Shown here one piece after another: positions 53,710 to 62,813 of a DNA stretch of 64,000 nt (its first letter is position 1; each line of letters starts with the position of its first letter). Where the stretch lies: the NCBI GenBank assembly GCA_963813025.1, contig CAWEXO010000008.1:128001-192000 (forward strand). The letters are read 5' to 3'. Source of the DNA: an uncultured Verrucomicrobiae bacterium (lineage in GTDB: Bacteria; Verrucomicrobiota; Verrucomicrobiia; Chthoniobacterales; JAFAMB01). The notes beneath the pieces are model-generated. The model did no database searches. It worked only from the letters and a program-made list of their open reading frames with translations, and had not been told where the DNA came from. The translations under genes were made by a program, and so were the position numbers.

Positions 53710-55418
53710 AATCTCCGCATGATTTCGTCCCACATGGGTTTGCCCTTCTTTTTCATGTAGCGATCCGGATAGCGGACGATGGTCGGCTCTATTCGCAGTT
53801 TATAGCCGTCCAGAACCATGGCGGAGGCTTTTTCCATGCAGGCCTGCAGTGCAGCTACAACCGTCTCAATCTCGGCGGCTGGCGCTACCACGGCCATGGC
53901 GTCATGCATCAAACCGCAGACGGGAAGCCCGGCTTCGGTCGCGAAAATTGCCGCCAGCCGCAGCATGTCGCCAGCGTTGCCCTGGCTGTGATAATTACCG
54001 GCAGCCCGGGCATTGCAGCTGGCGTCGGTGATGCGTTTACGCCAGCCGAAGGTGGTAAATTGAAAGGTGTGAATGAAGGCATGATTCTTGACGTCCTCCA
54101 GCCACTCCCAGTAGCGCGGGAAAATCTCCCGGTGCAGGCGCAACAGACGCCTGGCCACCGTTTGTGGCTGTCCCAATTGGCCGGCGAGGGTTTGGTCGTG
54201 AATCTCGTATTGAGTGCCGAGGATGCAGGGCTTATAACGCTCGCGCAGCTCCTCGTGAGTCTCCTTGGTTGCGCCGGGCGGAGCATCTCCGACCTCCATG
54301 GCAAACCACAGGTAGATATCGGGACTTTCGTAAGCCCGGATCATGTTGGGATCGCCGCAGAGCACTGCGGCAATGCCAAACTCCTGGGCCACCCAGTCCA
54401 GGACAGCGAAGGTTTCGCCCGGCGCCGGTTTAACTAAGCCGCGCAGCCACGAGGGAGCGCCGAGAATGGATTGGGCAGGCGAGGGCATGTTACGGCCCGT
54501 GATTGTCCAGAATGGGTTCATGTACGCGCGATTGCAGCCATCCGAACCGACAGGAAAATCTAAAAGTCGCGTTTTGGAGAGAATGCCTCGCAGGTAGCGC
54601 AACTTCAGAAGCTGGGGATAAACTCGAGCCCGTTCTTCAAAAGCCTCGTCATCCAGGCGAAGTGTGCCGCTTTTAAGAACCGGCCATTCAATACCTTCTC
54701 GCGTCAGGTACTCAACAAATTTGTTCGTGTTAAACGAAGCGCCTTCATAAACTCCGTAGTCTCGATCGACTTCGGCAATCAGCTCGTGTTTAATCCGTGA
54801 CATCTCTTCCCGGAGACGATCGCGCAGCGGTTCATCAAAAGGTACGCCGACCCGCTCAATCCAAGCCAGGCTGTACATGTAGCGTCCGCGCAGAGTGGCT
54901 CGGGGCAGGTCCAACAGAGGCAACATCTTTCTAAAAAGCTCCGCAGTTTCATCCACGTCACTTTCGCAATAATCCAGAATTTCCTGGCGTTCTTCCGAGC
55001 TCCAAGGTCCGCCACGCAAGACCAGATCTCGCTTCGCGGCCTTTTCTTCTTTGGTGATCGCGACAATGCCGAAGTCCACTAGAGCCCGTAACAGGGAAGT
55101 TGGCGTGGGCTTCTTCGTCTGGCCGTTTATGAGCCAGCGATATTCGCTATAGAGATCCAGAATGCACTGCGGTTTGGCCCAGCCAAGCGCCAGGTGACAG
55201 GAAGCTTCGGCGCTTGTCTGGTATGATACAAAGAGGGAACCTGGCCCTATATCGTAGGGTGGACGGTCCTCAAATTCCGTGTACCAAAGTTTGATTTTCC
55301 GGTTCGAGCGCAGTTCGCGCGCGACCAAACAGATCGGCTGCACATTACCGTTGCCTTGCGGAATAAACTCAAAGTCAGCAATGGTAATGTGCCGGAACCG
55401 ATCGAGCAGGAAGGACAC
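53706..55418 (-). CDS. Family A DNA polymerase with 3'-5' exonuclease domain (no 5' nuclease)
   Basis: ExoI DFEF, ExoIII YCESD, TITGR, motif A LDWVAQE, motif B RERYK..ILGTQY, motif C MHDA. Confidence 0.88.
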   Translation of the reverse strand: MSFLLDRFRHITIADFEFIPQGNGNVQPICLVARELRSNRKIKLWYTEFEDRPPYDIGPGSLFVSYQTSAEASCHLALGWAKPQCILDLYSEYRWLINGQTKKPTPTSLLRALVDFGIVAITKEEKAAKRDLVLRGGPWSSEERQEILDYCESDVDETAELFRKMLPLLDLPRATLRGRYMYSLAWIERVGVPFDEPLRDRLREEMSRIKHELIAEVDRDYGVYEGASFNTNKFVEYLTREGIEWPVLKSGTLRLDDEAFEERARVYPQLLKLRYLRGILSKTRLLDFPVGSDGCNRAYMNPFWTITGRNMPSPAQSILGAPSWLRGLVKPAPGETFAVLDWVAQEFGIAAVLCGDPNMIRAYESPDIYLWFAMEVGDAPPGATKETHEELRERYKPCILGTQYEIHDQTLAGQLGQPQTVARRLLRLHREIFPRYWEWLEDVKNHAFIHTFQFTTFGWRKRITDASCNARAAGNYHSQGNAGDMLRLAAIFATEAGLPVCGLMHDAMAVVAPAAEIETVVAALQACMEKASAMVLDGYKLRIEPTIVRYPDRYMKKKGKPMWDEIMRRL

Positions 55419-55425
55419 GCTTGCC

Positions 55426-56127
55426 CTACTCCACGCCAGCCAGGTTCTGCATGATCGGATGTTCCATGGAATCGATCACCCGATTCTTGAAGGCTAGCCG
55501 CAGAATTTCGCCAAAAGATACCTCCGGCCAAATCGGTTCGGGCATCTTTCCGTTAGGCCGGACATAGGCATAACAGCCGCCTTCGGCATAGACACGCAAC
55601 CATTCGGTTTTGCACATATCGGCAATCTCTCTGGCGGTTCTCCAATAATCATTGTCCCTGGCCCCATCCAGGGGGAGGCGTATTTTCCAGACGAAAGGCT
55701 TTTCCGCGTGGCGCTCCAAAGCCAGACAAAGAATGACACTTTTCATGAGCACCTTGTATTCCTCTGCCAGCTCCTGCAAAAAGGGAGGAGAAATCAGGTA
55801 GGTATCCCTTTCCATCCCTGCCTCATCGGTGTCTTCAAAAATGTAAGTCAGGTACTGATAGTCTTCCCCAGGATGCACCCGACAAAAGGAGCCCGGCCGT
55901 GGGACTTTTCTAATGCTGTAGCTGGTGACTAACTTCTTAGCCGGGGCTTTCAGCGTTGCCTGGCTAACCCGCATGTTGAGCGGATCAAATGGATCAAATG
56001 CGGGTTTTGGTTCGTTACGTGAAGCTTCAACCAGCTCGGATTGAGCCGTCGAACTTACTTCGGATATGTGGTTTTGTGTGCCATCCGAGCTGATTGTATC
56101 AAAACTAACTGTCTCGCGTTTTTTCAT
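55426..56127 (-). CDS. Hypothetical protein upstream of PolA (possible ssDNA-binding/accessory factor)
   Basis: 233-aa ORF ending 7 nt before the polA-like gene; FCRVHP, EPIWP..SFGEILRLAF..RVIDS.EHP. Confidence 0.75.
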   Translation of the reverse strand: MKKRETVSFDTISSDGTQNHISEVSSTAQSELVEASRNEPKPAFDPFDPLNMRVSQATLKAPAKKLVTSYSIRKVPRPGSFCRVHPGEDYQYLTYIFEDTDEAGMERDTYLISPPFLQELAEEYKVLMKSVILCLALERHAEKPFVWKIRLPLDGARDNDYWRTAREIADMCKTEWLRVYAEGGCYAYVRPNGKMPEPIWPEVSFGEILRLAFKNRVIDSMEHPIMQNLAGVE

Positions 56128-56158
56128 AAAAAGTTAGATTGCCGGGGTTTTTAATGAT

Positions 56159-56470
56159 TTAGGTTTGAAATTCTAGCTGTCGCGCGTCCCGTTTAGCCTT
56201 GCGCGGCCTCCCGGGCAGCTCGTAAAGGCTAAATACCTCGGGTAGGAGACAAGAGCAGGTCACCGCGGTGGGTATCCACCACCGGGGGTTCTCGTTCGTA
56301 ATTCGGGAGTCTGCTCGCGCCGCAAATAATACGACGAGCGGCTGCTGGCACTTATCGCAGCTAAGTTCCCGGTGCTTGTTCTCTCTCCAGCAGGGAAGAG
56401 AATTAAGCAGCGCAAACTGGGTGCCGCGGACTTCTAAGAATTCTGGTCTTTTGACAGTAACACGTTTCAT
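56159..56470 (-). CDS. Hypothetical Cys-rich protein
   Basis: CDKC...CSC; co-oriented with the island operon. Confidence 0.5.
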   Translation of the reverse strand: MKRVTVKRPEFLEVRGTQFALLNSLPCWRENKHRELSCDKCQQPLVVLFAARADSRITNENPRWWIPTAVTCSCLLPEVFSLYELPGRPRKAKRDARQLEFQT

Positions 56471-56508
56471 AATTATTGGGTTTCTTCCCCCTCTGGGAAC
56501 CCTTCCTC

Positions 56509-56850
56509 TCAAGGGCGCTCACTATCATCTTTTCTGAGACTGTTTAGGATAGGCCCTGTCGTGCGATTAAACCGGGTACCATATGCTCGCTTGCCCGCCC
56601 ATCGCCTTCTGGTGAGTTCCTCGACCTTTGATTTTAGTTCCGCCAAGTCGTCGCTGAACATGCTCCAGACAGGAACGGCCAATTCCGGGAACCTTTTCGG
56701 AACGCCGATAAAGATGCACTGGAAGCGTTCTCCCGATTCACCTGCACTTTCTTTTGTGTAGAACTCGAACAATCCATCCCGCGTTTCGACGGCGGGTTCT
56801 GGCAGTAGCGGACGATAGCCGTCCAAAATAGGGGCGTTAGTAAATCTCAT
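56509..56850 (-). CDS. Hypothetical protein
   Basis: ATG with GGAGAG RBS; co-oriented with the island operon. Confidence 0.5.
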   Translation of the reverse strand: MRFTNAPILDGYRPLLPEPAVETRDGLFEFYTKESAGESGERFQCIFIGVPKRFPELAVPVWSMFSDDLAELKSKVEELTRRRWAGKRAYGTRFNRTTGPILNSLRKDDSERP

Positions 56851-57172
56851 AGGCTCTCTCCGTTCTTTACTTGCCACAATTCTTGATGGGGTTGTGGCCC
56901 TCTTGTTTGGCGGACTTCTCAATGACCGGCGGCCGCCATTAAGCCGGCTGCCGGCAGCGTGCCGGCGAAAATGGGTCAAGGTGTTTTGGGGAGGCTCTGC
57001 GTTTTGCCGTCCGTCATCTGAAGAGAACGTCGGCTCATTGGAACGGCAGAAGACAAAGGCCCCGACGTCGGGACCTTCTATTTACAAACAACAGTTCTGC
57101 AATCGTCCGAAGACAGTGGTTTATTGGGAATAAGAGTGCGTAGTTCTGCTAGTACCACCCAAGATGCGAATT

Positions 57173-57376
57173 TTAGACCGCCTCCGCATACCGGCGATTC
57201 ACGCGCGCCCGGCGCCACGCCAGCACCTCACTCAAACGATAGCGAACAAGGCCGCTGCCAATACTGTGTGCTGGGCATCCCTCGCGCCGATATCGTCGGA
57301 TTGTCGCGGGGTCCACGTCGATCACCCGAGCCACATTGGGCCCGGACATGAGCTGCTCTAAGGGTTGTTTCTTCAT
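57173..57376 (-). CDS. Excisionase/AlpA-like HTH protein
   Basis: VARVIDVDPATIRRYRREGCP....VRYRLSEVLAW. Confidence 0.8.
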   Translation of the reverse strand: MKKQPLEQLMSGPNVARVIDVDPATIRRYRREGCPAHSIGSGLVRYRLSEVLAWRRARVNRRYAEAV

Positions 57377-57473
57377 AGATAGGCGATGGATACTCCATCG
57401 TTGTCCGCTTTTGATCAGCGGAACGCAAGAAAAAAGTTATAGCGATGATATATTTATGCACTATTATCCGCAC

Positions 57474-58031
57474 ATGCCCGCTTCTGTCCGACTACACAAT
57501 CTTGTAAGGCTACGAGAACACCTGAAACTGACCCAAGGCCAACTGGCTGAGCTTGTTCGCTACGCGCCAATCACGATTCGCTCAGTCGAAACCGGCAAAC
57601 TGGGGCTTTCCCGCGAACTCGCTGAGCGGGTTGCTGCGGTAACGGCTTGCGACGCCGCGTGGTTGCTTAATAACGATTTGAAAGCGCCGCTTAGCTTCAA
57701 CCGTCCACAACCGACGGCTAAGAGTGACTGGCAAAAGGTTGCCAAGGGGGATCTGCTCAACGTGACTGCGCGCGCTTTTGAAATTGCAAACCAAATTGAA
57801 GACGAAGCAAGTGCTCGGCTCCTGTCACATTGCGTAGTGCAGTTTCACCAGCATTTAGAGCGCACCGTTGGCTTGTTTGCCGGCCGCCGATCTCAGCCGA
57901 TAAAGCCGACCGAATATCTAATATCCCAACTTGAACAACTGTCTATTTCGACCCCGCGGCAGCGGCTGCAGCAGGAAAAGGATCCACCGAAGCGCCCGAA
58001 AGCACGCTCCCGAACCCGCTCGTCACTTTGA
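57474..58031 (+). CDS. XRE/Cro-CI family repressor
   Basis: LREHLKLTQGQLAELV...TIRSVETG...AAWLL; divergent from xis. Confidence 0.82.
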   Translation: MPASVRLHNLVRLREHLKLTQGQLAELVRYAPITIRSVETGKLGLSRELAERVAAVTACDAAWLLNNDLKAPLSFNRPQPTAKSDWQKVAKGDLLNVTARAFEIANQIEDEASARLLSHCVVQFHQHLERTVGLFAGRRSQPIKPTEYLISQLEQLSISTPRQRLQQEKDPPKRPKARSRTRSSL

Positions 58032-59340
58032 CGCTCCGGTCGGCATAGTACTCGCTTGTGGTTCGGATATCGCTGTGACGCAGCGCGGAGCTCGCCGCGT
58101 GCAATCCATGCCGGTCGGCAATCGCGCTCCCGAAAAGCTTCCGCAGCGCGTGGAAGGGTTTGTTTCCCTGGATACCCTTGGCTCGGAGCCAGCCCAGCAG
58201 CGATCCCCACACCTCTTGCGCCCGGTAACGCTGGTAACGCACATTCTTCGGTGCGCGTTTGCTCTCGATCACAAACGCCCCCCTGGCCGTCACCTTCCAG
58301 CCCCGGAACAACGCCATGATCTCGGGCTCTGCGGGCAGCACAGCCGCGCTTTCGCGGGTTTTAAGCTGGTAGTACCTGGTCGGCATGATTCGCACCGTGC
58401 TGGCGCCGAAATCGAAGCTCTGCCATTCCAAGGTGTCGGCTTCCTTGCGTCTTAACCCCAGCACCAAGGCCAAGATGAAGGCCTTCAGCTCTTCGGGTCG
58501 GTTAGTGGAAAGCTCGGTGAGGGCATCGCGGAAGAGCTGGTTTGGCTCCGTCCCGCAGCCGTAAAACTTGGTATCAGTGCGACGTTCCACGCTGACATCG
58601 TCGAAGGGAAGCACCGCTGGCAACTCAACGCCAGAGAGTTTGCTCAGCACATTGCGTTTCGAGAAGAGCGCCCGCGCCTGGCGCAAGAGCGAGTTACAGG
58701 AATTGGTGTACTGGCGCCGGCGAAGCTCATCCGTCCCAGCTCGGTCGATGAACTTCCTTTTCCAAGCCCGAACCTTGCTCGGTGTCACTTCGGCCAGCGG
58801 GACAGCGTGCACGCTGGCAAGCCATCTCTGGTTTCCGCCGGTCCGGTAATCGAAGCGAGCCTTACCCCCTTTTATCCTGGCAACCTCCGAAACGATGCGC
58901 CGGAAGCTTTTGGCGTAGCCCTCGACTGTTACCGGCGACAGCTCGGTCTGCGTGGCAACTGCGTTTAGGAATTCGCCGACAGTGCCTCCAAGCTCAGAAG
59001 TGCTTATATTATCACTACTTATTTTAGCCTTCTCCGTCTGCCGATCGCGGTACTTCTCCTTGAACTCCACCCAACCGTTGGCGACCAAAAATTGATAGCG
59101 TTCCTTGGCGAGGGCGGCAGCTTCGGCTTGATTGGCCGTCGCCAGACTCATCGTCACCCGGCGGCCGACATGCTGCAGCTTGACACAGTAGACCGGCGAC
59201 ACGTCCACCTTTCCTCCCGCCCGGAAAATCTTAGGTTTGAACACCCGTTTTGACCAGTAGCGGGTGTCATTTTTAGAAATGACAAACCTAGTTTGTTGGC
59301 CGTTTGTTGGCCGTTTTTCGTGTTCATGCATGTCCGGCAT
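57943..59340 (-). CDS. Tyrosine recombinase/integrase
   Basis: LGLRRKE (R), LKT (K), HALR, LRHSDIRTTSEYY; adjacent to the att site; start uncertain. Confidence 0.93.
   Translation of the reverse strand: MPDMHEHEKRPTNGQQTRFVISKNDTRYWSKRVFKPKIFRAGGKVDVSPVYCVKLQHVGRRVTMSLATANQAEAAALAKERYQFLVANGWVEFKEKYRDRQTEKAKISSDNISTSELGGTVGEFLNAVATQTELSPVTVEGYAKSFRRIVSEVARIKGGKARFDYRTGGNQRWLASVHAVPLAEVTPSKVRAWKRKFIDRAGTDELRRRQYTNSCNSLLRQARALFSKRNVLSKLSGVELPAVLPFDDVSVERRTDTKFYGCGTEPNQLFRDALTELSTNRPEELKAFILALVLGLRRKEADTLEWQSFDFGASTVRIMPTRYYQLKTRESAAVLPAEPEIMALFRGWKVTARGAFVIESKRAPKNVRYQRYRAQEVWGSLLGWLRAKGIQGNKPFHALRKLFGSAIADRHGLHAASSALRHSDIRTTSEYYADRSVKVTSGFGSVLSGASVDPFPAAAAAAGSK
59294..59325 (+). repeat. 32-bp direct repeat, right copy (putative integrase arm site)
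   Basis: Identical to 43252-43283. Confidence 0.8.
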
Positions 59341-59446
59341 TGTGCGGATATTGTTTCACACGATCGCCTGGAGATCAAGTGCTGAAGCGGATTTGTAACC
59401 AGCTAAGAGCGGATTCTGCCGAACATTCAAAAACCCCGAAGGATAA

Positions 59447-59490
59447 GACTTCGGATCATAGGGTTGCAGGTTCGAGCCCTGCCGGGTGCA
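59447..59490 (+). repeat. att site: duplicated 3' 44 bp of tRNA-Arg
   Basis: GACTTCGGATCATAGGG...GCCGGGTGCA, identical to 43144-43187. Confidence 0.95.
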
Positions 59491-60279
59491 TGACTCAGCA
59501 TCAATTAGTTACGCGAAGAATCACTAACTGGCCATTCTGCCTTCTTAGCCACTATTAACTTTGTTCTTCGGCCTGTTTTGTGTCAATTCTGTGCGCTAGC
59601 TTGCAGCGTTCGCATGTAGGCGTCAATCGACGACGCCGAAAGCCTAGAACAACCCCGCGGCTTCACCAGCTTGGATAGCTCGCCCAAATCGATTACCCGA
59701 TAAACGGTTCGAACGCAGACCGACGGTCTTCTGGCGGCCTCATAAGCGAACCGAGTTACTCATCATTTCCCTTACCCTCCGCATTGGCCGTCGACTCCCC
59801 TCTAGAGTCCCGCTCGCGCCACTCTTGCATCGCATCAGTCACAGAAACCGAAAATTAGCCGCTGTGAATATCCTTCGTCAGGCGGTCCCGAACCGCCGTC
59901 AACAGGTCAGGATTCTTCCTGATCCGTCTAGCGACTTCACGGTGCAGCGCAAGGCTTCGTTCCTCCAATCTTCTGTGACGCACTACCATCTCTTTCCCGA
60001 ATAATCGCATATTCGTCGACTACGTCCAACCCGAGGGAGTCTCCTGACCTGATACGGTTGCGTTTGACTTGCTCGCGCCAACCAAAAAGCGGCTACAGGT
60101 CCACGTTAAACATTAGGAAAAGGCGGCTTGCAGTTCAAAGTTGATCCTGGTTGGGAGTACCGTGGCAATCTTTGTTCCTTTTATAGCGCCAGGTATAGCT
60201 CCCATTCAGTAGCGCTACGCTTTCTCGACCGGGAAGAGGTCGCCACTTTTCGGCAAGAACAGTACAGGTGTCGTACGAT

Positions 60280-60510
60280 CGCGAGAGCAGCCACCGCTGC
60301 GAATGGTGTGGGCGCGGCAAGTCGACGTTTTGTGAAAATAGCATCGGCACAGGAGTCCAGATGAGTGGCGGACACGCCGAATATATGGTGGCCTATGCCG
60401 ACGCAACTATGCTACTGCCGGAGGGGTTAGACTACGAACAAGCCGCCCCTATTTTCTGCGCCGGCTACACCGTTTGGTCGGGACTGCGCTGGGCTGAGCC
60501 CCAGCCCAAT
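60280..60510 (+). pseudogene. Internal fragment of a Zn-dependent alcohol dehydrogenase
   Basis: CEWC..GKSTFC, GGHAEY, AAPIFCAGYTVWSGL; both ends missing. Confidence 0.75.
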
Positions 60511-60935
60511 TGCTTGCTTGCGCTGGAAGGTGGACTTTGCGGTCCGCGGAATCGCCCCACAGGCTCCTTAAAACGCCGCTCCCTACCATCGCAAGACCTC
60601 GCAGCATTCACGACGTCCATGACACTGGTACTTCCGGAATATTCGGCCCGTACTTTGCCCAACCGGCACCACGCTTGCGGTGCTTCATCCATGATGGTTC
60701 ACGAGGAAAACAGAGCTGTTGCCGTGTTTATTTTCTCTTTTGTGCGGTCACCCCGTTTGGAAAGTTCCCAAACATCATAATAGACAGTCACGTCAAAGAC
60801 GCGATCGGTACATTGTTTCCGGCATCGGGCCGACTGTCATTGATTGACGCCCGAAGAAGCAAAACGCTACTGGAATATCTTCCCGGCCGCGGAGGCCGAA
60901 AACGTGACGCCGATGGCGCAGGCATCGTGAAGGAT

Positions 60936-61524
60936 CTACAGCCCCTTGGCTTTTACGTTGTGAAGAATCGCCCCGTTCTGCCGGCGTACGTCGTCAACTC
61001 CCGATGGAAGAGCGTGTTTGAGAAGACTCGCAACAAGATCAAGGATGTTCAGTTGAGTCGCGGCCGCCAATGCCATCAAGTACACCGGACCGAGCAGACT
61101 GCCATCCGATTTAAATGTAACCTTCCCGCTTTTCGCGTGCTGTTCAGCGTAATGGGCCAATCCCATTGCGGAGACATGCGCGATGTCCCAAAGGATAGAA
61201 TAGAGGGTACTGTGTTCGTAGCCCAAACCGGCTTTCTCTGCTAACTGACGCTTTTGGATCCCATGCGGAATCTGACCTGCTCTGATCCGGGCTAGCTCTC
61301 CATTCACCTGGCGAAAGAACAACAATTTTAAAATGTTCCTTGAGGCTCGGGAGATTGTTTGGGTGAAAAATGGATGTGCCGCCTGCCTTACTCCCTCGGT
61401 TGTTCGTGCAAAAAACGTCGTAACCAAATGCATAGTGCGCAGAAAACGATTCCCCGTCCGCCCATTCAGCAACAGCGTTCGCATACTGACTAGTTGAGAT
61501 TTCGAGCTTCGACTTTTCTCTCAT
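60936..61524 (-). pseudogene. Two joined gene fragments (DUF5677/HEPN-like piece and an unknown piece)
   Basis: LAEKAGL...LYSILWDIAH in one frame; AVAEWADGES..AH...FCT in another. Confidence 0.4.
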
Positions 61525-61628
61525 TACCTGCGATCAAATCCTTTAATGCCCAACATGATCCAATGATTAAGAGGAACAGGCACGCCGCCGGCCAGTGCCG
61601 CAGGGCTGTTTCCGCCCGCTCCAGTGCC

Positions 61629-62732
61629 ATGCCCCACCAGAGAGACACCCGCATGGCGGCCTCACTTGCCACGGACGATGTCGCCCCCCGGCTCACGGGC
61701 AGGCGGTACCCCCATCGCCGCAGACCGATCGCCAGCCGCCAAGGGAGCCGTAAAGAGTCCAACCGGGAGAGCGGCCGGGTTCGCACCAGCGACCTCGAAC
61801 CACAGGCCGAGCCATCCCATCCCGGAAGGGTCTGCCTCAAAGTTGCTATTCTTCTCTGCGGCCTCGTGGTCCTGACAACGTTCTCTAGCATCGGATTGGC
61901 CGGCTCAGCGCGTGATTACCTCAACGCACCAATCGACACCTGGCTCACATTCTATAATGTTGGCTACTCCACGTCAGTGACGCCCGAAGACGGCATGGAC
62001 GTGACGTTAAGTATTCGCGCCAATGTCCTTTCGCAGTCGGTCGTCATTACCCGGACCATGGATTACTGGGGGCGAACTGGAGGGATCTCGGTAATTGTTC
62101 CCTATCGCTACTTGGAGGCAAGTTCCGATGCTTTTAGCTCCTCGAATCAAGGGTTTTCGGATATAGGTCTCCTCTGGCAGATTAACATATTCGGTGGACC
62201 TGCGCTAACGAAGGAACAGTTCCGGTCCTTTGTTCCCCAGACCTTTGCGAGCTTCCATTTATTCGTGGGTACACCACTCGGGAAATACAATCCAGAGAGC
62301 ACACTGAATCCCAGTTCTAACCGCTGGACGTTTTTTCCCACAATCAACTACAGCTACACGCCTGATCAGGGCTGGACATGGCTCGAAACTTATCTCTCGA
62401 CCAAGGTATTCACGGCCAATCACGATTACCGCGTAGGCAACGCTTCCAAGCTTACCCAAGAACCGTTGCTCTTGTTGGAGGGACATGCGAGCCGCAATAT
62501 TACTCCAGCGTTGTGGATGTCGGCAGATGCCTATTACAACGTCGGCGGTGAGACCAGTATCGATAGTGTCGGCCAGCGTGATGCCGCCAATACGCTCAGG
62601 TTAGGCGCAGGCATGGGCCTAAGGCTCTGGCCTGGAGCTGATGTCATTCTCAATTACGAGCGAGTGGTCGCCAAACCCGCTGGCCAACCAGACGCCCAAA
62701 CTATCCGATTGACCCTCAGACAGGTCTGGTGA
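61629..62732 (+). CDS. Putative outer-membrane beta-barrel transporter (MetA-pathway/phenol-degradation-like family)
   Basis: Hydrophobic signal ending GLA, PLGKYNPE..LNPSSNRW, terminal LRQVW; true start probably further downstream. Confidence 0.75.
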   Translation: MPHQRDTRMAASLATDDVAPRLTGRRYPHRRRPIASRQGSRKESNRESGRVRTSDLEPQAEPSHPGRVCLKVAILLCGLVVLTTFSSIGLAGSARDYLNAPIDTWLTFYNVGYSTSVTPEDGMDVTLSIRANVLSQSVVITRTMDYWGRTGGISVIVPYRYLEASSDAFSSSNQGFSDIGLLWQINIFGGPALTKEQFRSFVPQTFASFHLFVGTPLGKYNPESTLNPSSNRWTFFPTINYSYTPDQGWTWLETYLSTKVFTANHDYRVGNASKLTQEPLLLLEGHASRNITPALWMSADAYYNVGGETSIDSVGQRDAANTLRLGAGMGLRLWPGADVILNYERVVAKPAGQPDAQTIRLTLRQVW

Positions 62733-62813
62733 GCGTCGCCAGCGAATGACGCCTCGGGATGTGGATGTAACATCTTTGCTGTTTTTTTCCACAAGCAATG
62801 CTATGTAACTGAC

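Larger units (their letters stand above)
43144..59490. mobile_element. Integrated ~16.3-kb phage-satellite-like island at tRNA-Arg
   Basis: Identical 44-bp att repeats at 43144-43187 and 59447-59490; integrase, terminase and PolA genes inside. Confidence 0.92.

Noticed and set aside
59447..59490. Second tRNA-Arg gene
   Set aside because: Only the 3' 44 nt are present; it is the att duplication
43144..59490. Complete prophage or ICE
   Set aside because: No recognisable capsid, portal, tail, lysis, relaxase or T4SS genes between the att sites
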